Source: Xylographa opegraphella
Lineage: Eukaryota
Length of the DNA: 64,000 nt
NCBI GenBank assembly: GCA_022813865.1
Contig: JALDZX010000008.1
Coordinates: 434,001 to 498,000 of the forward strand
Reading direction: 5' to 3'
Shown: piece by piece, positions 29,395-42,080 of the stretch
How the letters are laid out: every line of letters begins with the position of its first letter
Position numbering within the stretch: position 1 is the stretch's first letter
Position numbers and translations under genes: made by a program
The notes under the pieces: model-generated
Told to the model about the DNA's origin: nothing
What the model saw: only the letters and a program-made list of their open reading frames with translations
The model's database searches: none

Positions 29395-31847
29395 ATGGCC
29401 GGCTGGTTTGCTTCAAACTCGGCGCTTGACGAGCAGATCGAGCGGGCCACCTCTTCAAGCTTGTGAGTGGCTGGTGATCGAGGAAGCTGCTCCACACTGT
29501 TCTAATTTCGCACAGAGAAGATATAGCTCTGAATCTAGAAATCTCCGATGTTATACGATCCAAGAGTGTCCAGCCAAAGGAGGCTATGAGATCACTGAAA
29601 CGGAGGATAGGGCACAAGAATCCGAACATCCAGCTGGCTACCTTGAAGGTATTTTCAGTGCTCTCAGCTACAGAAACACAGCAAAAAGCTGACTCTGAAT
29701 CCTAGCTTACCGACACTTGCGTAAAAAATGGAGGTTCCCATTTTCTCGCCGAAATCGCTTCCAGGGAATTTATGGATAATTTAGTGTCGCTTCTGAAGGC
29801 ATATGGGGGAGCTGCGGCGAACAACGATGTGAAATCCAAAATCCTAGAACTAATCCAGACATGGGCAACAGCAACACAAGGGCGAACTGAGTTGTCCTAC
29901 GTTGGAGAAACTTATAGGACACTACAGCGGGAAGGCTTCTCTTTTCCTCCCAAGGTTGAAATAACCAGCAGTATGCTGGACAGTAGCGCAGTAGGTTCCA
30001 TCATTTCCATTATGAATTTTACCATTTTGACACGTTCCAGCCACCCGAATGGATCGATTCAGACGTCTGTATGCGGTGCCGCACTGCTTTTAGCTTCACT
30101 AATCGCAAGCATCACTGCAGAAATTGCGGCAACGTCTTTGATGCACAGTGCTCCAGCAAATCCATACCGCTACCTCACCTAGGAATAATACAACCGGTCC
30201 GAGTTGATGATGGCTGTTACACAAAATTGACGGACAGGGCTCGGTCCGGATCTAGTATTGGAGACCGGCCTCTTTCCATATCAAAACCGTATCTCAACAC
30301 AAGGCCTCGCAGCTCGATGCAACCTCGAGATGCACGAGTAGATGACGGCTTCGATGATGATCTTAAAAGAGCTCTGGAAATGAGCCTTGAGGAAGTCAAA
30401 GGACACTCGAGCAATGGATACGTTCCGCAATCACAACTACTATCACAGAAAAGAGATCCACCAGCGACGAATGGATCAACAAAACCATCGAAGGTTCAAG
30501 ACAACGACGATGATGCGGAACTGAAGGCTGCGATTGCTTTATCACTTCAGGACATGGAAGAGCAAAAGAAGAAACATGCCAAAGCTCTCAAAGAACAAGC
30601 ATCCAGTAACTCTGCTTCGAATGGCGTCAAAGTAATCACGCCTAAGAGCGATTACGAACTGACACCGGTGGAGGCAGAAAATATTAACCTTTTCTCGACT
30701 CTTGTCGATCGGCTTCAGCATCAAGCACCAGGTACAATCTTAAGAGAGCCACAAATCCAGGAGCTTTATGAGAGCATCGGTAATCTTCGTCCTAAGCTTG
30801 CCCGGACCTATGGCGAGACAATGAGCAAACATGGTAGTTTACAACGTCAAACTCCTAACCATGCAAGGCTAATTCCAGTTTTTAGATACTTTGCTCGATC
30901 TTCACTCAAAACTTGCCACTGTGGTCCGATATTATGATCGAATGTTAGAAGAGCGACTGTCCCACACCTATGGACAGCATTCCTTAGGTGGCTACGGGGC
31001 AATACCATCGCGCTCGTCTTCTAACATGTATCCCTCGATATCTTCTCAAGTTCCTAGTGGACCAATGGGAGCAGAAAGCTACTATACCAGCAATTCCTCA
31101 GCTCTGCCCGAAGGTTATGGCTTTTCTCGAACTCCTGGCATTAATTATGATCGAGGACCTCCAGCAAATGCGATGAATTACGGTTCCGCAATGGCGCCCG
31201 CAGCTCAACCTCCACAACAACAAAGAACCTATCCACAAAGAGCTCCGAGTTATCAGAGTTATCCCCAGAGTCCTACCCAGCGGACTGATGCAGCTTATTT
31301 CCAAGACCCAAGTATGCAGAGCGTAACTTCACAAGGCCCTCCCTCACAGCCGTCTACACAAAGCCCGCAGTTATACTCATCGAATCTACCACCCACTTCC
31401 CCTGGCGGCGATCCTGCGGCGTCATACTATCACGACGGAGTAAAATTCAACAACTCTGCATATCAGCAATCACAAAAATCCTCCGAGCAAGGATATCCCC
31501 AATCTCAAACGGGATACCCACCACAACAGTACACTCAACCACTTCCTCAAGCGCAGCCGAATATGCAACAAGGTAATCCACAACCGCCTCCACAACAACC
31601 ATATTCTGCACAGCAACCACAATACCAACAACAATATGAACCGCCGCCACCAGGACCGCAACAAGATTATTGGCAGCAACAACAGCAAGACTCGTCAGTC
31701 GCGCAACCTCCGCCTTCATCGCAATCGTATTCCAATGTCCCTTATCCTAGCACGAATGCATCATATTCGCAAGACTCGTTCCCAACAGCGCCGAGCCATC
31801 AACCTCAGCCGAACCCAGTTGTGGAGGAAGCCCTGATCGAACTTTAA
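29395..31847 (+). CDS. VPS27: ESCRT-0 subunit Vps27 (VHS-FYVE-UIM-GAT, Gln/Pro-rich tail)
   Basis: MAGWF...[12 protein letters not shown] start. FYVE motif RKHHCRNCG. UIMs [10 protein letters not shown] and [11 protein letters not shown]-terminal clathrin box LIEL. Confidence 0.95.
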
Positions 31848-32949
31848 GCATAGCATTTTGCTTCCCTTGTCTTCATGACGTCCGCATCTACTTTTTAACG
31901 TGCTATTTTCGTGTATAATGGTTGCATAAAATTATGCAAGTCAAGGCATATACGGCATCGATGTGCTTGACAAGTTACAATACATCCACATATCCAAACT
32001 CTCTCACAGTTTCTAATCAACCTGGCATATCGGAGGCTTGCGGACCGCCATTCAGAAATACTCCGATAGCTTCCAGAGCTTGCATTATTCTGCGACACCT
32101 ATGGAGCTTCCTTGTCCGGTACTGAATAATCGTCAACATGCACACTCACCGCAAGCTACGCACATGGAAACACGTACACATCAGTATTAGCGACTTTATC
32201 TCCGACTGGAACCCCTTCTGAAGGACCTCTTCGCCAAGAGCTATAGACCCGGCCCCCCCGAGCACCTTCCTCGCCTAATGCACCCCATCCTGTACCAATA
32301 TCTCCAACCGCCCCTGCACCCGTACGCTCTATACTGGCTAGACAGCGCGCATCACCGGAGCTGCCAGATTACCCACCTCTGTCTGCGCAGCCGTAGCTGT
32401 CAGTATTGCGCAGCAATAGGCGTACGGAGCCTTGTCGGCTCCCCATTTGAGAAGTCGAGCATGCAGGCGACTACTAGTGGAGGACCGACATTCGGATCCG
32501 TGGCTACGAAGGTAGAGATGGTGTCGTGGGGGCTGGTGGAATGCGGGGTGGTTTCAGGGAGTCGAAGCGAAGCGTGCAATGCAGCTGTGGAGGGGCGTAC
32601 TGTGGATGTGGAAGGAGGGTGAGTGCGAGGGCCATGGGCAGGGAGAGGGATGAAGAGTTTGCGTTCCAAGGCTCTCGTGCCTCAGGCCTGTTGAGACTTA
32701 CGCATCATAATATGTAGGAGCTAGGGAACGTGTTCGTGGTTGTTGATAGAAGGAACAGGCTCATCTTCAAGGGTCCTAGCTACTCAATGAACCCTTAATC
32801 TCAATGCTCAAACCAGACGTTTCGTATCATGAATTATGTAACAGCGCCTCGGCCCACCGCTCGGACGACGGCCTCGAGGCACAACACTAGTAATATACAG
32901 TGAAAGAAGACCCCCCACCCCCTCCCACAAAAACCAAAATAAAATAGCT

Positions 32950-34365
32950 CTACCGATCCGTCGACACCTGATCGATATGTATAGTCTTGAGAATCGCCGG
33001 CTTCTCCTGCACGCGGACCGCAGCCTCTTCCCCGACCTCGAGGTCCTGAAAGTCCTTCGTGCCGAGGTGCAACTCCGACTGGTGGGCGCCGACGTTGGCG
33101 AACGCGAGCGTGTCGAGCTCGCGGTCCATTTCAACGTAGTCTTTGCGCGAGCGCGAGTGCAGGCCCTTGCTGTTCGCCGTCGTGAAGGCGTTGGTGTGTT
33201 GCGGGGAGGAGTCGTTGTAGGCGAAGAGGCGGGGGAGTACCGGGAGGCAGCAGACGACGAGGCCGCTGGAGATCTCGGCGGTGCTGGGAGTGAGGTTAGC
33301 GGGGGAAAGTGGGCGGAGAGGGGGTTAGGGGTGGGACCTACGCCCATAGAGATACTGGCAGTAGGGCGTTTGTGACGTCGGGATTTGGGACGCTTTGGAC
33401 GCTGTAGATCAGCCGCATGACGCTCGAGAGGCAGGCGCTGGAGTTTTTGTTAATGGCAGCAGTGCGAGGTAGCTCGGGAGCGAGACGTACAAGAGACCGG
33501 ACGCGAAGATCATCGATATCCCTATCTTCTTCTTGATTGGCGCCTGTAACTTCCAGATGAATATGATCGGCAAGGTAAGCATGAGAAAGTCGTCGAAAAC
33601 GTTAATCACCGAGGATGCAATGAAGGATCGTTCGGCATCATAGCAACTCCCTGGAATCGTAGGGTTCCAGATTTTCTGCCGTGGTATGCACGCGAATATG
33701 GTGAGGAACAGATAAATGGTGAAGAAGAGAATGTTCAGTGCGATGATCAGGTGGAAGATGTACCACCGACGACTTTTCTTGCTCGTGACAAATATTTGGA
33801 CGAGTTGTAACAGGATCGCAACCTTGGTAAACAGAATCGCGGGCATGTATACAATTTGCTGAATGTTGATCCACTGTTGCAATGTCAATATACGGGGGGC
33901 GCACTACAGTGGCTACACCAGTACCTCTGCGAAATGGGCAAATTGCTCTGGCAGCTCATCCCATAGATGGAGCCCGATTCCGAAGCGGAGCAATTGGAAA
34001 GCAATCGCGACGAGCACAATGAAGAAAAACTGTTGACATATCAGCAGTGCCAATAGAGTGTCAGTCGGTATCGACTCGTACCCATGCTAGGAGACATATA
34101 TCTGCAGGCACTGGTCAGACTCCGGGCCTTGGAATATATATCAAGCCGGTGGATACGTACAATCTACCAAAGTGAACGCTTTGATGAGGACCAATCTGAC
34201 GTACAGCCGCAACACGATCAGGACTGACGGGACGATCAGGCAGACCAGATTTCCAGCAACCCAGACTGTGCTGTATGGGTTCACCGGATTCACAGGATCT
34301 GCAGTCACGCCGGGTGGGGCGGGCAACACGCCCACTGGTGAGGGAGTCGGAGCAGCAGCTGACAT
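32950..34365 (-). CDS. PTH11-like (fungal rhodopsin-domain) integral membrane protein
   Basis: APPGVT N-terminus, LRLYVR, FGIGLHLWD, TKVAILLQ, CIPRQKIWNP, LPIIFIWKLQ...KK. Exon boundaries are approximate. Confidence 0.8.
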
Positions 34366-35105
34366 GGCGGAGAGCAAATCAAAGCCGAGCAACAGGACGG
34401 AACCACCAAAAAAGTATAAACCACTTTAGCAGTCGAAGGCAGAAGAAGCCTACGATCGAAGATAATGTTCAAAGGTGCTCGGCACCTAATAAGCGGTGCT
34501 GCTGTCTCCTTCGTGATCGAAGACGGAGAGCGAGGCACACCATTTTGAGAGATGGAATTAAAGAGGGTGTATAATGACAAGGAGGAAAGGGAGGGATTCC
34601 AAGACTTCTGGTAGGTACTGGTAGAGAGCAGCAGAAATGCACGACGAGAATGGGAAGCACCGCAGGGTTGGTTTTGTAACGCGGGAAGGGTATGAAACGC
34701 CATGTACATCGTGAGTCTGTATTCTAATACACGAGCGTGGTATCGAGCGGGTGAGCAGCATGGTGGCCGCGGAGCTCACCAGGGATGCGTGCATCTATCC
34801 TGGGCCAGCCACATATGTGGGATGCCGCGTTGAGATTGCAGGCTTCGACGGTCGACCTAATCACAGCGCGAGGAAGCCCACCCTGCGTTCTTGGCCGATC
34901 ACACCACGCAGTCCAGATTCACCATCATCACCGCAGCTCCATCGTTGCACGGCATAATCAGACAGCGATTAGCCATGCGTGCCGCCGCTCGTCTGCATGG
35001 TGAGTGCCACTTCGCAATTGCCTGTTCCGTCCTGGGTGGCTGTGGCCCGCGAGAATATCCTTGTTCGCCTGTACCGCACTTTCCACGACATCGAGATAGA
35101 CTGCC

Positions 35106-36771
35106 ATGGCGGATCGTGAGAAAGCCCTCGATGCGGCCAGCACTCAGACGCCGCAAGCCAACGGCCCCGACAATGGTATCATTAAGGAGCCAGCATTCAC
35201 AGTCGAGGCAGGCGGCGACCTTGCCACTGTGGTAAATGAGACGACGACAAAGCCACTCGATCGGTTGATTTTGGTGCCCCAGGTTACAGACCCACGAGCT
35301 TACAAGAGGAGCTGGAAATGGTCGATTACGGTTCTTGTCTCAGCCGCTGCGGCCATAGACTCCATCTCGTCGAACGTTTTCTACCGTATGTCTATGTCGG
35401 AGTTTCTGTGTTATATCCTAGCTCAGAGCTAAAACACCTACTCAGCTTCTCTGCCTCAGATCCCGAGCTCACTCTCCACGTCGCCGACAGTTGCCAACCT
35501 AGCAATTGCCATTCCCATCGCTAGCACTGCCATACTGCCTCTGTACTGGTCTTCCGCTTCGGAGCAGTATGGCCGGCGCGAGACGTATGTCGTGAGTCTG
35601 ATTCTGTGCGTTGTGCTCAATGTCTTATGCGCCCTATCCTCGTCCATTGTCATGCTGGTCATTACAAGAACACTTGCGGCGGGTGCAGGCTGCGCAGTTA
35701 CTCCGATCGGTGCCGCTGTCGTTGCCGACATCTGGGAAATTACGGAGAAAGGTCAGGCCATGAGCATATACTTTGTCGGTATACTTGCAGGTCCTGTCCT
35801 GGGACCGGTTTTGGGAGGCCTGCTTACCCAGCGCTGGAGTTGGCGCGGGACGCAATGGTTCATGATGGCGTACAGCAGTCTCATTCTTTTGTTAATCCTC
35901 TTCGGGCTCCCAAACACCCTACGAGGTGCTGCAGAGCCCAGTTCTGCCACCCAGAACCCCCGGTTGGGATACAAGTCCTCTCGCGCAAAGGTAACTGCGT
36001 GGCTTCTGAGAGCCGGCTCCGCAGCTCTATCACCCTTTCGTATACTGTACTTCCTTTTGTGCCCAGCAATTGCACTCATCATCTACCTCGCAAGCATCAC
36101 CTTCCTAGTCGTCAAAGCTTTACAAATCAGCATCCAACAGTCCTTCGCCACCTCTCCCTACAACTTCACCCCGTCGATCCTCGGCCTGGCATTCCTCCCA
36201 TTCTCAATAGGCCTGATTCTGGGCGACCTCGTGGGCGGTCAATGGTCGGACCATGTCATGCACCGAACGGCAGTCTCGCGCAACGGACAAGAGGAAGGAA
36301 GCGAACCCACCCACACGCCCGAGGACCGCCTGCAAGAGAACGCCTGGGTCGCCATCATCCTGTTCCCGGCTGGCCTTCTCTGGTACGGATGGAGTATCGA
36401 CAAGGGCGTCTTTTGGGTCGTACCGGTATGTTGCTCCTCCATACCCCTTTTCCACCTGATCACTAAATATCCCTGCTTCAACCTAGATGCTAGGCCTAGT
36501 TGCCGTGGGCCTCAGTTCCGGCCTCCTGTTCAGTCTCGTCTTCACCGTCCTGGTGGAGCTGCTCCCCGCACGGAGCGCTTCCTTGGTCGCGTTGGATGGG
36601 CTCGGTGAGAACGCGTTTGCGGCCATCGGCTCGGTCATCGCGCAGCCGATCTTGGCTGCCATCGGTAACGGCTGGGTCTTCACCATCGTGGCGATTGTCA
36701 CGGGTGCGAATGTTTTGGTAATATTACTAATGAAGAAGTATGGGCAGAGGTGGAGGGAGAAGCTGGGATAG
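35106..36771 (+). CDS. MFS transporter, DHA1-like drug:H+ antiporter (2 introns)
   Basis: DPRAY...KW, SEQYGRR, GPVLGPVLGG, WRGTQW, PEDRL, plus multiple TM segments. Confidence 0.88.
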
Positions 36772-37138
36772 GATGGGCATGTTAGGGTTACGGTTCGTTC
36801 GGTAGTGTAGCAGCTTAACGACTGCAGGATATGATAATTTGATTTATTGAATGATGAAAACAAGCAGTAGTCACAGGCCATTGAGATTCGATGTAACATG
36901 TCTCCGAGCGTAGGGCACGCACCCTCTGTGCTGTTCTAGCAAACTGCGTACCACTCGCAGTGCATGTTAATTTACTGGGCACACCGAATCGTAGGAACCC
37001 TGCAGCCTCGTCAAAACCGTACAGAGATCATCCGTGCCCACGCCCCATATAACTACACCGCAGGTATCCAACTCCCAAAAACCAAACATCTCATCCCCCA
37101 ACGCCTCGGATTCGATATCCATCATATCCAACCCCATC

Positions 37139-38335
37139 TCACCCTCCACGCACCCTTCCCATCTCCCTTCCCATGCGATAATGCCTCCCCACAACCGCAC
37201 TCAGCTCCACCTCGGCCTCAAACAAGACCACGACATCCGACCCCCCGAACTGGAAATATGCCAACTCCTCCCCCTTGCGCAACACGACCCCCACCTCCGC
37301 CGTCAGCACGACCGACGACACGACCGCCATCCCGACCGGCAACACAGCCACCAGCCCCCTCGCCGTCTCGAGCACCACGAGGCCCCTCGCCTGCACGAAC
37401 TGGTACCCGGTCTCGTTCGGCGCGTCGAACTCCCTGCGCTTGACGATCTTCTGCTTCGGCTGCTCCAGCACCTGAGCGGTCTGCTCGAGCGGCTCGTCCG
37501 CGCTGCCGATGTCGCGGACCTCGATCTGCGCGTAATGCTGCCCGAGGATGGCCCTTGCTTCCAGCACGCGCCCACCGAGCGGGGCGTGCACGCGGTGGTA
37601 ATCGTTGGTGCCGAGGTAGCCGTGGATCCAGGTGCCGCCCGCGAAGCGCTCCGAATAGGGGCTGTCGGCTAGCAGCTCGCTGATGCGCCACGTGAGGGTC
37701 TTGAGCGTGACGGTCGCGGTGGGGGAGATGGCGAACTGGCCGTTGTAGGTCCAGTCGGCGGGGCTGCTGATGGCGGCCGGGTGGTCGGCGATGGGGCGGT
37801 AGCCGGGCTTGACGTGGCGGGCGAAAAAGTCGTTGAAGGTGCGCCAGCCGCCGCGGGGCTCGAGGTAGTCGTTGAAGTGGAAGGTGGGCGTGCTCTTGAA
37901 CGTTTCGAGGGAGGTGGCCGTTAGCGATTCTGGCGTGTCCATGAAGGCGCCGATGGCGCGGCCGTAGCGAACGATCCAGGCCGAGAGCCAGGAGAGGGGG
38001 CCTGACGAGGAGGGAGTGATGGGGCTCTGGTAGGGGAGTGTGGACGGCTGGTCGAGAACGAAGTAGAATACACCGAATTGGTTAAAGATGTCTTGGGCCT
38101 GGACTCGTTCGCTGGGGATCCAGATCAGAAGCGAGTTGATGAAATCGAGGTAGTCCGTGAAAGACTGGATGTTGGAGAGCTCGTCCATGTTGTATGAACG
38201 GATGGTCTCGATGGCTTTCTCGAAATCGACTCTTCGGTCGTTGTCTGACTGCACCCATTGCTGGAGCTCCTGGACGATGGCTTGATATTGAGGAGTCGCA
38301 GTGGGTCGCCTCGAGATCCAACTCCACAGCATCAT
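37139..38335 (-). CDS. Phosphatidylserine-decarboxylase-family pyruvoyl enzyme (substrate uncertain)
   Basis: TFNDFFAR, SPAD, DYHRVHAP and the autocleavage motif FQFGGS. No C2 domains or mitochondrial leader evident. Confidence 0.85.
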   Translation of the reverse strand: MMLWSWISRRPTATPQYQAIVQELQQWVQSDNDRRVDFEKAIETIRSYNMDELSNIQSFTDYLDFINSLLIWIPSERVQAQDIFNQFGVFYFVLDQPSTLPYQSPITPSSSGPLSWLSAWIVRYGRAIGAFMDTPESLTATSLETFKSTPTFHFNDYLEPRGGWRTFNDFFARHVKPGYRPIADHPAAISSPADWTYNGQFAISPTATVTLKTLTWRISELLADSPYSERFAGGTWIHGYLGTNDYHRVHAPLGGRVLEARAILGQHYAQIEVRDIGSADEPLEQTAQVLEQPKQKIVKRREFDAPNETGYQFVQARGLVVLETARGLVAVLPVGMAVVSSVVLTAEVGVVLRKGEELAYFQFGGSDVVVLFEAEVELSAVVGRHYRMGREMGRVRGG

Positions 38336-39012
38336 GGTCTCTGAATCCTATTTGCTGAAAAAATTGATGAAAACGAAGGTACGATAGATACATCCAAGCT
38401 TCAGAGGTAGAGATTGCACGAATACATCTTGCTTATTCTACAAAACATACATACCTATCGAACTTACTACTGGTCATGCATGTCAGAAACCAATGGTCAC
38501 ATCCACCACCACACCACCGAAACGCCAAGACCAGCAAGTATATGACGGTTTGGGGTTGGACAATCAGGCCGAGGAGATCCAAAGAGACCATAGCCAGTGA
38601 CAGTGTGAACAATACGACGAGTGAAGGCGAGAATAGCCGGTAAAGCGTCATTCCTCTCCGTCGTTGCTCTAGCTCCACCGACGTTCGTGCAGAATCGATC
38701 CATGATAGTCGATTATGCAAGCCATGCTTACTGCATCGAACATGGGTATTCATAGGCTACTCGAAAAGAACCTGCGTTGAATGGATGTAGGATACGTCGG
38801 CTAAAGACCAGCTGCAGAATTCACCACACCACCTTACTTGACCTCACGAACTAATGATGTATCTAGTCGTGCATTCCTTGAAGAGTAGTATAATTCGTGC
38901 GTTGACCTTCGCGCATAAGTGACTCTCTTTGATACGACGTCGAAAGCGTTTTAATAATATTGATAATGCTTCTCTAGAGTATAGTTCTTGGAGAACCTTT
39001 GATCGAGTAACT

Positions 39013-40281
39013 ATGCTGCAGTCGATGCAGTCAGATACGCGGTACTCTCTTGTCAGCTCAGATGATAATAACGAAATACCGATCGAAAAACCATCAGATG
39101 GTTTCCTCAAAGAGCTGAAAAACAAGATCAATAGACCCAAGCTTGTTTTCTGTGGTGTCACCTGCTTACTACTCGGCTTTGCGCTCGGTCTCCTAGCAGG
39201 CAGTTTTGACGTTCGTGCTTTCATTCGCAATACCCCTAGTGGAACTCTATCAGAATGTCTGAATCCCGCAAGTCGTCGCGAGTGGCGAAGCTTGAGTAAA
39301 GCCGAGAAGCACGATTATATCAATGCCGTCCAATGCCTGAGAACAACACCCTCACGCTTGGGCCTCAATCAATCACTTTATGATGATTTCCCATATGTCC
39401 ACAACAGCGTCGGGGGATACTGTACGTAGTTCACTTTATGAGCCACTCGACTCACACTAATACATACTCAAACCACAGCTCATGGTTCGGCCGCTTTTCT
39501 TGCTTGGCACAGATATTTCATACATACATATGAACAAGCACTCCGCGAGCAATGCCAGTATCAAGGTCATTTGGCGTATGTATATACCTATGATCCTTGG
39601 CGTCAGCTACTCACCGTGATACAGTTACTGGAATTGGGGTCTCGACTGGGAAGACGTGACACAGGCACCTGTGTGGGACTCCGAGACCGGCTTCGGTGGG
39701 AACGGCGACCCCAACGTTGGCGAGTCGATTGTGAAAGGTCACTGCGTCGTCGATGGTCCCTTCGCAATGCTCGAAGTTCTGTATCTTGACGACACACTCG
39801 AACCACATTGTCTGTCACGTGGATTCGAGAGCGACGTGGGTCTTGAGCGACAGGGTCAGCATATACGACCGGAAGCCTTAGAGAGGTTGCTGTTGCTCGA
39901 TGATTATGATGCTTTCAACATAGGATTGGAAGATTCCGCGCATATAGCGATCCCACGGACCATTCGCGGAGATTTCTCGCTGTTCACTGCCCCATATGGT
40001 ACGAATCCCTTCTTTTCATCTGCACTGACAATTAGAGTCAAGCTAAGGTCCAACCAGATCCGGTATTCTTCCTGCATCATACACAGTTGGACCGGCTATG
40101 GTGGACATGGCAGCGTAGAGACCCGCAAAAGCGGATATGGCAGTATAATGGTGTGACAGCTCATGGCTCGAAAGAACCAGCATCACTAGAAGATAAGATC
40201 TTGATGGGAGGATTGGCGCCGGACATTGAAGTGTCCGAGATTATACTTACAGAGTCGGATTTGATGTGTTATTGGTATTGA
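39013..40281 (+). CDS. Tyrosinase-family di-copper protein with N-terminal TM anchor (3 introns)
   Basis: RREWRSLS. Spliced CuA HNSVGGYSHGSAAFLAWHR, YWNW, and CuB region AHIAIP...DPVFFLHHTQLDRLWWTWQ. TM segment LVFCGVTCLLLGFALGLLAG. Confidence 0.9.
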
Positions 40282-40764
40282 AATCTTTCGTCCCCGGTGC
40301 GAAAGACAAACGCGGTCTAGTCACTCGGGAGAAATGATTGTCCGAGATATCGCTCTCGTTTTTGACGAACTTGCCTTTGATTATTGACTCCTCCTTCAAT
40401 ATTTCGTGGTGATAATGCAACTGAGCTTCTTTAACTTGACTGCTGCTACTCTGGTATAGACTTGTGCCGCAGCGGTGTCTACCTTAGTGTCGAGAATCGA
40501 GAAAACGGTCATGCAGTGCTCATGCACGCTGTTTTGGTCTCACATCCTGTCCCACACTAAGGCACTGCGTCATGGTGGACACGGTCGACGTCTGGCTACA
40601 TCGGTTACACTCCCTCGTTACAGTCGTTACAGTGCTTATCTCTTGCACATCATTCGATCTCCTCACCATGCATGATGTTGTACTTACTATAGTAGTACGG
40701 AGCTACGACAGCACGAACCTCTCAATGTCTGTTTTAGTGGGATTGCAGGGCCCGTGTGACCGGC

Positions 40765-40901
40765 TGCTTCCTGGTAGCTTCCGCAACCTCGGCACGAGCC
40801 GCCACTCAATCCTAGCGGTAGGATCCCGGTCTTACGCTATTCCATAAAGAGACCGGATACTCCGTGCTCACTGGAAGCTTCCGAGACCACGGCACGAGCC
40901 G
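40765..40901. repeat. Imperfect 37-bp direct repeat, copies offset by exactly 100 bp
   Basis: tgcttcctggtagcttccgcaacctcggcacgagccg versus tgctcactggaagcttccgagaccacggcacgagccg (31/37 identical by manual count). Confidence 0.75.
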
Positions 40902-42080
40902 TGAGTTGGTTAGGCCGCGAATCCCTGTCATGAGGCAGGGATCGGGCCTCTGTCCGGACAACCACGCCGAATGTCAATCAGAGGTAGCGCAACTGTACTT
41001 CAGACGGCTTGGAAGTGAAGAGGAACGTTGGGTTGTGGACCTCATAATTTCTTGAATCGCTGCCATTGCTATTTTCCTGCTCAACGAGTCAATCCCTTCT
41101 AGTGCTTTCGTGTCCGTACAACAGGTCATCTATTGTCTTCATCTGTATCCTTCGCAGCGTGAAAGACTGAGTAGGATATTGATCTTTGGTAACACCGGTC
41201 TTCGAATGAAGTACGGTGCAGGATATTGCGCGATACAGCACACCATCCCGTTCAAGATAATCCTCCTGTGCTCTGCGTCGACAAGGTTCAGGGGTGTGAC
41301 ACTGCTCGCTCTATGAGCTCGCTCGTCGCTCGTAATGCCTCTCTGTCGAAGCTCCGATAACCTTTGCCGGTCTTGGTCTGTTACCTACTTGCTCGAAGAC
41401 AACGATGGGCCTGGTGTGGAGAAACTATGACGATAAGATGATACAACGCACTTGCTGTTGCATCCTTCACCCTACTATTGTATGGGCCGGTTTTAGAGTA
41501 CACAGCCTGCCAGCGCTTTCAATGACTTAGTCTTATCGGCCTGAGTCGGCTCGATTGTACCAAATTCTGCGATCGCTGGCTCAGCTTAAGCACCTCTTGC
41601 CTAGAAGCTGCTTAAACTTGAAGGTTCTAGGCTCGACGGTCTTGGCCATTGAGGGTGTTTTTGAAGGGTGGGCTGATTAAGGTCCATCACACCAGTTGCA
41701 GAAGAAGATGACGTCCCTGTGCTCTATTGCAGCCTCAAGACTGGCTATCATCGTCATGCCGTACAATGGCCAAGCGTCCTATCCTGCCCAATCATGTACA
41801 TGCGACATCCTCCTCAGCAAGTGTGCAGATGTGGTGTAACACAAACGAGCCATTAGTGCGATCGTGGTTGACGATGGCGAGGTCTACCGTTATATATATT
41901 CTCTGTTATATCGTTTGTCTTGTAACTTCAGCGATATTCATTTCTTCGAGCAAGGATATCGAATCACTAACCTCGGCATCAAACTTACTAAACTGAATTA
42001 CTGTTCACGCATAGAACCTGAGCCTGCTTTCCTGATTCTGTCTCTTTAACAATCCTTGTCCTTTACCATTCTTCTTCACG

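Noticed and set aside
38433..38753. Hydrophobic minus-strand ORF upstream of the PSD-like gene, a possible extra 5' exon
   Set aside because: A GTATGT donor-like site is present, but I could not establish an in-frame splice. It needs transcript data.
40300..42050. Possible DUF3328/UstY gene between tyrosinase and precursor, also sought in 42600-43950
   Set aside because: Only short ORFs with no HxxHC motif or coherent exon chain were found. A highly fragmented gene cannot be fully excluded without an HMM search.
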